The notes below the pieces were generated by a model. The model was given only the letters and a program-made list of their open reading frames with translations, did not search any database and had not been told where the DNA came from. Made by a program: the position numbers and the translations under genes. A DNA stretch of 33,578 nucleotides from Hadesarchaea archaeon (GTDB lineage Archaea; Hadarchaeota; Hadarchaeia; Hadarchaeales; Hadarchaeaceae), in contig DAOUSU010000002.1 in the NCBI GenBank assembly GCA_030627035.1, positions 1-33,578 of the forward strand. The letters are read 5' to 3'. Positions 26,189 through 33,578 of this stretch are shown here, one piece after another; the first letter of the stretch is position 1; each line of letters starts with the position of its first letter.

Positions 26189-26644
26189 ATGATAGAAAAC
26201 TTGAGTAAAGAACAGTTGGAAGAGATATTGGAAGCGATGCCTGTAGAAATTTCTTTCGTTGACGAAGATGATTTGGTCAAATTTTGGAATAAACACGAAA
26301 CTAGAATTTTTAAACGGCCACTTTCTGTAATCGGAAAATCAGTTCAAAATTGTCACCCAAAGCGTAGTGTGGATAAAGTAAACCAAATATTGTCCGATTT
26401 TAAGAGTGGTAAAAAAGATTCAGCGGAATTTTGGATAAATCTCGGGGAGAGGAAGGTATACATTAGATATTTTGCCGTGCGAAATAAAGCAGGCAAGTAT
26501 CTGGGCACATTGGAGGCCACCCAAGATATCACGGAAATAAAGAAAATTGAGGGAGAAAAAAGACTGTTAGAATATTGGGGATTAAATGAGCGTCAGAGAG
26601 ATAAAACCCGATATTTACTGGGTAGGTGCGGTAGACTGGGATAG
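26189..26644 (+). CDS. Stand-alone PAS-domain protein (PAS_10/DUF438 C-terminal type)
   Basis: MPVEISFVDEDD, RIFKRP, VQNCHP, AEFWI, VYIRYFAVR, YLGTLEATQDIT, GEKRLL; tail overlaps fprA by 59 nt. Confidence 0.85.
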   Translation: MIENLSKEQLEEILEAMPVEISFVDEDDLVKFWNKHETRIFKRPLSVIGKSVQNCHPKRSVDKVNQILSDFKSGKKDSAEFWINLGERKVYIRYFAVRNKAGKYLGTLEATQDITEIKKIEGEKRLLEYWGLNERQRDKTRYLLGRCGRLG

Positions 26645-27761
26645 AAGGTTGTTTGATGAGCTCATACCACTTCCAGACGGAACAAGTTATAACTCTTATC
26701 TGATAAAGGATAAAAAAATTGCATTGATAGACACCGTTGACCCATCCAAAGAGGATGAACTGATAAATAACCTTAAGAAACTATATATCAACAACATTGA
26801 CTTTGTTATTGCCAACCACGCAGAGCAGGATCATTCCGGGACAATACCCAAGATTCTGGGATTATACCCAAACGCTAAGGTAGTAACTAATGCAAAATGT
26901 AAAGACATGCTTAAGGAATTGCTCCTGATTCCTGATGACAGATTTATAACGGTAAGCGACAGGGAAACAATATCGCTTGGGGATAAGACACTGGAATTTA
27001 TCTTTGCCCCTTGGGTTCACTGGCCCGATACTATGTTCACCTACCTGAAGGAAGGTAAAATTCTATTCACCTGTGATTTTTTCGGCTCACATATCGCAGC
27101 AAGTGAATTGTTTGTAAAAGATGAAACAAAAGTGTATGAATCAGCCAAGCGGTATTATGCTGAGATCATGATGCCATTCAGAACGAGTATCAAGAAGCAT
27201 TTAGAAAGGATAAAAGATCTAGAGATTGAAATAATTGCACCGAGTCATGGTCCAGTTTACAATAGACCAGAATTTATCCTGAATGCATATAAAGAGTGGA
27301 TTTCGGATGAGGTAAAGAATGAGGTGGTTGTACCGTATATCTCAATGCACGGCAGTACAAGAAAAATGGTAGACTACTTCGTGGATGCCCTAATTAAAAG
27401 AGGTATAACCGTAAAGCCATTTAATTTGACTAAAACAGATATTGGAGAATTGGCAATTGCCCTTGTAGATGCCGCTACCATCGTAATCGCCTCGCCCACT
27501 GTCTTGGTTGGTCCCCATCCGAATGTTATTTATGCAGTTTACCTTGCAAATGCTCTAAGACCAAAATTGAAATTTGCGTCCGTGATCGGTTCTTATGGAT
27601 GGGGTGGAAAAATGGTAGAGCAGATTACAGGGATGCTAACTAATCTTAAAGTAGAAGTTCTTGAACCCGTTATCGTAAAAGGATATCCCATGGAGGAAAA
27701 TTTCAAAGCATTGGATAGATTGGCAGACGAAATTCTTAAAAAGCATGAAGGAATAAGTTAG
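26586..27761 (+). CDS. fprA: Flavodiiron protein (FprA, O2/NO reductase)
   Basis: GTSYNSYLI, NHAEQDHSG, VHWPD, CDFFG, PSHG, flavodoxin part YISMHGST and GSYGWGG. Confidence 0.95.
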   Translation: MSVREIKPDIYWVGAVDWDRRLFDELIPLPDGTSYNSYLIKDKKIALIDTVDPSKEDELINNLKKLYINNIDFVIANHAEQDHSGTIPKILGLYPNAKVVTNAKCKDMLKELLLIPDDRFITVSDRETISLGDKTLEFIFAPWVHWPDTMFTYLKEGKILFTCDFFGSHIAASELFVKDETKVYESAKRYYAEIMMPFRTSIKKHLERIKDLEIEIIAPSHGPVYNRPEFILNAYKEWISDEVKNEVVVPYISMHGSTRKMVDYFVDALIKRGITVKPFNLTKTDIGELAIALVDAATIVIASPTVLVGPHPNVIYAVYLANALRPKLKFASVIGSYGWGGKMVEQITGMLTNLKVEVLEPVIVKGYPMEENFKALDRLADEILKKHEGIS

Positions 27762-27780
27762 CTAGAACAGGTGCATAAAA

Positions 27781-28158
27781 ATGACTGAAAGATTACAGGT
27801 TTACAAGTGTGAGATTTGCGGAAATATTGTAGAGGTCATCCACAGTGGCAAAGGACAACTTGTATGCTGTGGACAGCCCATGAAACTTATGGAGGAAAAG
27901 TCAGACGAGCAAGGCAAGGAAAAACACGTGCCAGTTGTCGAAAAAACAGAGACGGGAATAAAAGTTAAGGTTGGTTCAGTTCCACATCCGATGGAGGAGA
28001 AGCACTACATAGAGTGGATAGAAGTGATAACCGAGGAGGGAATAATGCGGAAGTTCTTAAAGCCTGGAGAGAGCCCAGCGGCAGAGTTTAAGGTGCGGCA
28101 GGAGGTTGTGTTGGCAAGAGAGTATTGTACCATTCACGGTTTATGGGCTAAAAAATAA
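27781..28158 (+). CDS. dfx: Desulfoferrodoxin (2Fe superoxide reductase)
   Basis: YKCEICGN...[31 protein letters not shown]. Confidence 0.95.
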   Translation: MTERLQVYKCEICGNIVEVIHSGKGQLVCCGQPMKLMEEKSDEQGKEKHVPVVEKTETGIKVKVGSVPHPMEEKHYIEWIEVITEEGIMRKFLKPGESPAAEFKVRQEVVLAREYCTIHGLWAKK

Positions 28159-28171
28159 GAGGAGGGAAAAA

Positions 28172-28747
28172 ATGAAAATTTTGAAAGGAACCAAAACTGA
28201 AAAGAACCTTCTGAAAGCTTTTGCCGGCGAATCGCAGGCGAGGAACCGCTATACCTACTTTGCCTCGCAGGCGAAGAAAGATGGCTATGAGCAGATAGCC
28301 GCAATATTCATCGAGACTGCGGATAACGAGAAGGAGCATGCAAAGAGGCTATTCAAGTTCTTGGAAGGTGGTGAGGTAGAGATCACCGCTACTTTTCCTG
28401 CAGGTGTAATCGGAGAGACAAAAGAAAATCTCAGGGCAGCCGCCGCTGGAGAAAATTACGAGCATACAAAGATGTATCCCGAGTTTGCCCGCATAGCGGA
28501 GGAAGAAGGTTTCCACGAGATAGCGTCTGTATTTAGAGCAATAGCGGTTGCGGAAAGACAACATGAGAAACGATATCTGGCTTTACTTGATAATATTGAG
28601 AAGGATAGGGTTTTCAAACGAGAAAGAGTTGTAAGGTGGAAATGCAGAAACTGTGGATATATCCACGAAGGTACCGAAGCGCCAGAAAAATGTCCGGCAT
28701 GTGCACATCCAAGAGCATATTTCGAACTGTTGAGTGAGAATTATTAG
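28172..28747 (+). CDS. rbr: Rubrerythrin
   Basis: [40 protein letters not shown]-terminal CRNCG...CPACAHP; GGAGG RBS before ATG 28172. Confidence 0.95.
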   Translation: MKILKGTKTEKNLLKAFAGESQARNRYTYFASQAKKDGYEQIAAIFIETADNEKEHAKRLFKFLEGGEVEITATFPAGVIGETKENLRAAAAGENYEHTKMYPEFARIAEEEGFHEIASVFRAIAVAERQHEKRYLALLDNIEKDRVFKRERVVRWKCRNCGYIHEGTEAPEKCPACAHPRAYFELLSENY

Positions 28748-28784
28748 GTGTGGCAACTCGCACAACAGCGTGTTTGCGGATCAC

Positions 28785-28820
28785 CCAAGTGTCTTCAAGA
28801 AACCAAGTGTCTTCAAGAAA
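28785..28820. repeat. Perfect 18-bp tandem duplication
   Basis: CCAAGTGTCTTCAAGAAA at 28785-28802 and 28803-28820. Confidence 0.95.
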
Positions 28821-28880
28821 TCTTCCATAAGTTAACCAAATTTAAGGTCAGCATCCATAGATTCTCTGGGTGAATACATC

Positions 28881-29906
28881 ATGCGCGTTGCGATGTACTA
28901 CAACAATCGGGATGTACGTTTAGAGGATCTCCCAAGACCGAAGATCGGCCCAGGCGAGTTCTTGATGAAAGTAATGGCATGCGGCATCTGTGGCTCGGAT
29001 GTGCTCGAATGGTATCGCGTTCCCAAATCTCCCCGGGTGCTGGGCCACGAGGTAACGGGGGAGATCATCGAAGTTGGGGAGGGCGTGGAGCGCTATAAAA
29101 TAGGTGACCGGGTTTTCGTCTCCCATCACGTTCCCTGCGGTAAATGTCGCTACTGCCTGAGCGGTCACCACACCGCCTGCGAAACCTTGCACAAAACGAA
29201 TTACGATCCGGGAGGCTTTGCCGAATTCATACGCGTGCCGCGGATAAACGTGGAGCGAGGTGTCTATCTCTTGCCCGAAGATATATCGTTCGAAGACGGG
29301 ACGTTTATCGAGCCTTTGGGATGTGTGGTGCGCGGACAGAGGTTAGCACAGGTGGAAAAGGGCAATACTGTTCTTATCTTAGGCAGCGGCGTCTCCGGAC
29401 TGCTTCACGTGCAACTTGCCCGCGTGCAGAGGGCGGAGAGGGTGATCGCAACCGACATAAATGAATATCGCTTGAATGCAACAAAAAAATTTGGAGCGGA
29501 TGCAACGATACACGCCGAAGAGGATGTGCCGGAAAAATTGTGCCAACTCAATGATGGCAGACTTGCAGACAGGGTGATCGTTTGCACGGGAGCCACCTCA
29601 GCGAGCAAGCAGGCGTTGCGGTGCGTGGACCGTGGAGGCTCGATTCTATTCTTCGCCGTACCCAGACCGGGCATCGACATCCCAGTCCCAATCACCGACT
29701 TTTGGCGCGACGAGATATCGATGATGACCTCTTACGGTGCCGCCCCCAAGGATCTCGAGGAGTCGTTGAAACTCATCAGCGAGCGCAAGGTGAACGTGCA
29801 CGATATGATCACCCACCGCTTGAGCTTGGCGGAGGCAGGATTAGGATTCAAGCTCGTCGCGGGGGCTGAGGAATCGCTTAAAGTGATTATTGAACCGCAA
29901 AAATAG
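28881..29906 (+). CDS. Zn-dependent medium-chain dehydrogenase (sorbitol/threonine dehydrogenase-like)
   Basis: CGICGSD, LGHE, CGKCRYCLSGHHTAC, IEPLGC, GSGVSG, ITHR. Confidence 0.92.
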   Translation: MRVAMYYNNRDVRLEDLPRPKIGPGEFLMKVMACGICGSDVLEWYRVPKSPRVLGHEVTGEIIEVGEGVERYKIGDRVFVSHHVPCGKCRYCLSGHHTACETLHKTNYDPGGFAEFIRVPRINVERGVYLLPEDISFEDGTFIEPLGCVVRGQRLAQVEKGNTVLILGSGVSGLLHVQLARVQRAERVIATDINEYRLNATKKFGADATIHAEEDVPEKLCQLNDGRLADRVIVCTGATSASKQALRCVDRGGSILFFAVPRPGIDIPVPITDFWRDEISMMTSYGAAPKDLEESLKLISERKVNVHDMITHRLSLAEAGLGFKLVAGAEESLKVIIEPQK

Positions 29907-29923
29907 TTTACTTGATATCCGAA

Positions 29924-30121
29924 TCACCAACAGATAAGGTGGGGCCATAATAGAGTTTTACAAATTATGCATGCGTTCACAAGAGCAAGCACCGGTTTTG
30001 AAGCTGGAAGTTCTTGAACTGGCAGACCTTGAAAAGTTGGCAAAAAGACGCCAATCGCCGCCAGAATAGCAAGGGTTACGATGAGCCAGATATAAATTTT
30101 GATTGATGTCGATAGCTTCCT
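29924..30121 (-). pseudogene. Start-less remnant of a membrane-protein gene (possibly CPBP/CAAX-protease N-terminus)
   Basis: Frame reads RKLSTSIKIYIWLIVTLAILAAIGVFLPTFQGLPVQELPASKPVLALVNACI..., a TM helix plus a second partial helix, no start codon, stop after 65 codons. Family call is from recollection only. Confidence 0.4.
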
Positions 30122-30145
30122 TTTTCCACTTGTTTTTGAATCGAA

Positions 30146-31450
30146 TCATAGTCTTCTATGAAAAGGGCCCCTGCCCAGAAATCCCCTCAAAAACTTGGAT
30201 ATCCCCCTCGTTCTGGTCCCCCCAGTCAGCAGCCTATCGGTCCTGAAGATCCACGCCACCACGGCCACCATAATCGCCGCAAATATCACCACGTACGCGA
30301 TGCCGCTCAGCACGAGCAGGTAGTCGTCAAACATCAGGGTCCTTATCGCCATCATCGGGTGAGAAAAAGGTATGGCAAACAGGATGATCCTCAACACGGC
30401 CGGGAGAGTGTCGAAGTCCTTGAACATGATCAAGAACATGGGGATCACGGCAAGAAACGTTACAGGGAGCATGAGGGTTTGAGCGCTTTTATAGTTCTTG
30501 GCGAAGGTTCCCAAGACCATGCATAGGGACAACCCCGCGAGGAGAGTCACGAACAGAGATAACCCAACCAAGAGATAGTCCTGCGGGCCCAGCGCCAGCC
30601 CAAAATCCGCCAAGTTTATTTCCGCGGATTGGAAGGACTGCATGTAGTACCCGAACCCAACCATATAGATGGCGGCCATCACAAGCCCGACGATGGCGCT
30701 CCCGACTATTTTACCGATCACTATTGAATTCCTTTTTACGGGAAGGGTGAGCAAGGTCTCCAAGGTCTTGTTTTCCTTCTCCATCCCCATCGAGGTGATG
30801 ACCGTGCCTCCCGCCATCATTATGATCAACATCATGATAATCGGGATGGTTATAGACTGTGAGGACAACATCCCGCTTATTGTCCCAGGAGAGATCCCCT
30901 CCATCTCCCTCCCCTTGAAGACCGTCGTTTCGCTTTTCGTGATTGGGCTCACGGCTACATCTGGGTTAACTGGACTGTCCTCTCCGACCAGCGTTCTGGA
31001 TATCTCCTGATTTACGACTTGAACCAACGCATCGACGACTTGGGAAGGAATCGAATCCATCATTCCCGCCCCCTTCATTATCCAATGGATGCGTACCACC
31101 CCGTGGCGGTTTTCGTATATATTTTCGCTGAAGTCCGGAGGGATCACCAGCAGCGCTGCCCCGCCTTCCTCCTCCACATGTTCTAGGGCTTCTGGGATAT
31201 CGGCACCATCCGTTGGGGAATATACGACTTCTGCCCCATGGTTGAGGACTCCTGTGACTATCCCTGACAGGATACTGTTATCCTCATCTATGATTCCTAT
31301 AACTGGTTTTTCCTTCGCCTCCTCGATTACGCCCCCAATCATGTGCCCCATCCCACCGAATACGAACGCCATAACTATAACGGGAATTATGGTGGCGGGC
31401 GTGAGCAGCTCCCTCACCTCCTTCTTTAGGATGTTGCCTAGATCGCTCAT
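30146..31450 (-). CDS. ABC-2 exporter permease (NatB-like)
   Basis: ILKKEVREL, one TM plus large extracellular loop, EKENKTLETLLTLPV, GKIVG, AIPFSHP. Confidence 0.9.
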   Translation of the reverse strand: MSDLGNILKKEVRELLTPATIIPVIVMAFVFGGMGHMIGGVIEEAKEKPVIGIIDEDNSILSGIVTGVLNHGAEVVYSPTDGADIPEALEHVEEEGGAALLVIPPDFSENIYENRHGVVRIHWIMKGAGMMDSIPSQVVDALVQVVNQEISRTLVGEDSPVNPDVAVSPITKSETTVFKGREMEGISPGTISGMLSSQSITIPIIMMLIIMMAGGTVITSMGMEKENKTLETLLTLPVKRNSIVIGKIVGSAIVGLVMAAIYMVGFGYYMQSFQSAEINLADFGLALGPQDYLLVGLSLFVTLLAGLSLCMVLGTFAKNYKSAQTLMLPVTFLAVIPMFLIMFKDFDTLPAVLRIILFAIPFSHPMMAIRTLMFDDYLLVLSGIAYVVIFAAIMVAVVAWIFRTDRLLTGGTRTRGISKFLRGFLGRGPFHRRL

Positions 31451-32163
31451 GAGACCACCTTCACGAAGACCTCCTCAAGGTTGTCCGCCCGGTACCTCTT
31501 TTTCAGCTCGGGGGCGTTCCCCTCCTCGACTATCCCCCCCCTGTTTATCAGGGCTATTCGTTCGCACAGAAATTCCACCTCAAGCATGTTGTGCGAGGAC
31601 AGCAAAACCGTGGTTTCCCTCTTCACAGATTTTTTTATTATTTCCCTTATCTCCCGGGCGTTCGTCACGTCCAGCCCGGAGGTGGGCTCGTCTAGGATGG
31701 CCAACTTCGGTTCGGTCATCAGGGCCCTTCCCACCAAAAGGCGCCTGGTCATTCCCTTGCTGTAGGTGTCTACCCTGTCGTCAATTCTTTCCCCGAGGTT
31801 CGCTATCTCCACCCCGCGCTCGATGATTTTTTTTATTTCATTGCCGCCGCCGAAAAACCTGGCGATGAACTCCAGATATGCTCGGCCAGTGAGGTTTTTG
31901 TACGCCCCGGCGTCCTCGGGCAGGTAGCTTATCAGCCGTCTAACTTGGTCCGCTTCTTTGACCACGTCGTGTCCGAGAACCTTCACGGATCCCGAGTTTA
32001 TCTGCAGGAGGGTCGAGACTATCCTCAAGATGGTCGTCTTTCCCGCGCCGTTTGGGCCTATCAACCCAAATATCTCCCCCTCGTGCACGTCGAAGGACGC
32101 ACCGTCAACCGCCCTAATGCTTCCGAAGTCCTTCACCAGATCTTTAACCTCAACCGCTAGCAT
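31447..32163 (-). CDS. ABC exporter ATP-binding subunit (NatA-like)
   Basis: GPNGAGKTT, YSKGM signature, ILDEPTSGLD, LSSH, NLEEVF; ATG 32163 preferred; ATGA overlap with the permease. Confidence 0.93.
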   Translation of the reverse strand: MLAVEVKDLVKDFGSIRAVDGASFDVHEGEIFGLIGPNGAGKTTILRIVSTLLQINSGSVKVLGHDVVKEADQVRRLISYLPEDAGAYKNLTGRAYLEFIARFFGGGNEIKKIIERGVEIANLGERIDDRVDTYSKGMTRRLLVGRALMTEPKLAILDEPTSGLDVTNAREIREIIKKSVKRETTVLLSSHNMLEVEFLCERIALINRGGIVEEGNAPELKKRYRADNLEEVFVKVVS

Positions 32164-32255
32164 TTTTATCCCAAACTCTATGCTAGGTAAGTACATTTAG
32201 TTTTAACTGAACTTTGGCAAATTAGGCTTTAAGCTGAGAAGAAAGTCCCTATCCT

Positions 32256-33029
32256 CTAACTTGGAGTTAGATCTCTTCTTATTTTATTAACCTCAAGGGC
32301 ATTGACAAAATCCGCATGTGGATGCAAACCGGGCCGATATTCGAGGCACGTTAGCCCCTTGAACATTTCTCGAATAACTTTCAGAACTGAGGTAAAGTCT
32401 ATGGCTCCTTGCCCCGGTGGCCTCGAGTTGGTGTCACGCAAATGCAGTTCCATAATTTCTGTTGCATATTCCCTGACGGTCTCGGCCACATTTTCCCCGT
32501 TGGCATGGATGTGCGCGGTGTCCGCCATCAAGCGTACATGATCCGAGCCCACATCGCGAACCAACTCGCAAACTTGGGATACGCTTGGAAGAAACGCGGT
32601 TCTCTCCCTGTCCAGCGCCTCAATGGAGATTACGACGTTGGACTCTGTGCCGAGCCTGCCAAAACGTTTGAATATCTCAACGCATTTCTCCCTAGGATTG
32701 TTAATCGTTGGTTTCCCATAGGTAGCTACCGTCACGACATTCTGGGCCCCAACTTTGGAGGCTATTTTTATCGTTTCCTCCACATGGCGTACTGCAACTT
32801 CCCGATCTCTATTCGCCGCGCTTAACATCCGCAAGTCATGCAGCAGATAGGCTTGAACAGACCTAATGGAGGTGCTAAAGCTCGGCAATATCTCCAGAAT
32901 ATACCTCAATCGTTTTTTGCTGATGTCCTTGTTCACCAATTCTAACCACATTTCGTGCGACTCCAACACCCTCAGTTTATCCTCTAGCGTATCCCCGGGA
33001 ACCGCGAATTCGACGCATCCTAGACCCAT
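32256..33029 (-). CDS. Sugar phosphate isomerase/epimerase (xylose-isomerase-like TIM barrel)
   Basis: ISIEAL, LMADTAH, LHLRDTNSRPPGQGAIDF, CLEY metal-binding pattern; GGTGA RBS before ATG 33029. Confidence 0.85.
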   Translation of the reverse strand: MGLGCVEFAVPGDTLEDKLRVLESHEMWLELVNKDISKKRLRYILEILPSFSTSIRSVQAYLLHDLRMLSAANRDREVAVRHVEETIKIASKVGAQNVVTVATYGKPTINNPREKCVEIFKRFGRLGTESNVVISIEALDRERTAFLPSVSQVCELVRDVGSDHVRLMADTAHIHANGENVAETVREYATEIMELHLRDTNSRPPGQGAIDFTSVLKVIREMFKGLTCLEYRPGLHPHADFVNALEVNKIRRDLTPS

Positions 33030-33104
33030 CCATCTCACCGGTGGTCTCTCGCCTATCCTTGAAATTTGGTAAAAACGCAACAACTCGATTAGCCCGTTTG
33101 CCGT

Positions 33105-33386
33105 TCAGTTAGTCTCTGGAGTCCCCTCATCCTGCTCCTGCTGTTCCGCTTCCGATGGCCCCTCTTGCTGCGGCTGCTCAGCCTCTTCCCGTGGCTCTTC
33201 CTTCTTCGAGACGAGTTCCAAGTAAAGCTTCTTCAGCTCCTCCTCTTTCTGCATTCGCGCCTCCTCCGACGGCTTTGGCATGCTTATGCTCTCCCCGGCC
33301 TCCCGGAGCCTCTGTTTGTACCTCGCCAGCCTCGCCATCTGCATGAGCTGCCTCGTCTTCACGGCCTGACTTTTCTTCCTTCCCAT
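33105..33386 (-). CDS. Small hypothetical protein with basic N-terminus and acidic tail
   Basis: MGRKKSQAVKTRQLMQMARLARYKQRL...EAEQQEQDEGTPETN; purine-rich codons, GGGG upstream, TATAATTA about 30 nt upstream. Confidence 0.55.
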   Translation of the reverse strand: MGRKKSQAVKTRQLMQMARLARYKQRLREAGESISMPKPSEEARMQKEEELKKLYLELVSKKEEPREEAEQPQQEGPSEAEQQEQDEGTPETN

Positions 33387-33429
33387 GTGGCCCCATTTTT
33401 TGTGGGTGCCTCATCCTAATTATACCCTT

Positions 33430-33483
33430 GCATGGAGGCCGTGCCTGTTATCGCATCCGCCTGGCACGATTAACCTCCAATGC
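33430..33483. other. Interrupted inverted repeat / hairpin
   Basis: GCA-TGGAGG-c-CGTGCC-(17 nt)-GGCACG-attaa-CCTCCA-a-TGC. Confidence 0.45.
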
Positions 33484-33578
33484 TCAACCAATCGGAAACA
33501 CAACCGCTATTACTTACGGCGATTACAAGTCGGGATTGCTGCAGGGATAACGTCAGGAAATTGTTGGACGGACGCTTG

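Noticed and set aside
30146..30148. Selenocysteine or programmed readthrough of the permease TGA
   Set aside because: The permease is already full length, the position is not catalytic, and no SECIS-like element was recognised.
1452..33419. Numerous antisense or alternate-frame ORFs in the track (e.g. 1452..1775, 1643..2197, 4813..5433, 17189..17728, 20919..21548, 31089..31826) and long N-terminal extensions (cofG 3797, TG 7931, 18162, 19334, 28106)
   Set aside because: They overlap well-supported genes and lack family motifs, as expected for shadow ORFs in GC-rich coding DNA; better RBS-supported starts exist downstream.

Overview
Archaeal chromosomal segment, judged from tfe, pan, cofGHC, mptE, a tRNA with bulge-helix-bulge (BHB) introns and GGAGG/GGTGA ribosome-binding sites (RBS). 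The host is probably an anaerobe; a Hadarchaeota/euryarchaeal-like lineage is only a guess. Recognisable modules: F420 biosynthesis (cofH-cofG/cofC), proteasome ATPase PAN, hflX-tfe-HD, the archaeal mevalonate operon (mvk, UbiD-type decarboxylase, two aconitase-X subunits), a split MetE pair, a JAMM protease, mptE, an LsrF-like aldolase/thiolase, an AT-richer oxidative/nitrosative-stress cassette and a NatAB-like ABC-2 exporter. Features absent from the ORF track: a >510-aa ORF running off the left edge with an AN1-like zinc finger, two paralogous C/D-box sRNAs whose D guide fits 16S C1402, a tRNA-Val(CAC) with two introns (23/24 and 37/38), a rubredoxin and a membrane-protein gene remnant. 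Best candidates for undescribed biology: (i) a four-gene operon of APC transporter + GNDD-type metallophosphoesterase + Pol-beta-like nucleotidyltransferase + stand-alone tRNA-binding protein; (ii) a membrane-anchored transglutaminase-like peptidase with apparent pseudomurein-binding repeats. All family calls come from motif recognition by eye; no searches were run.
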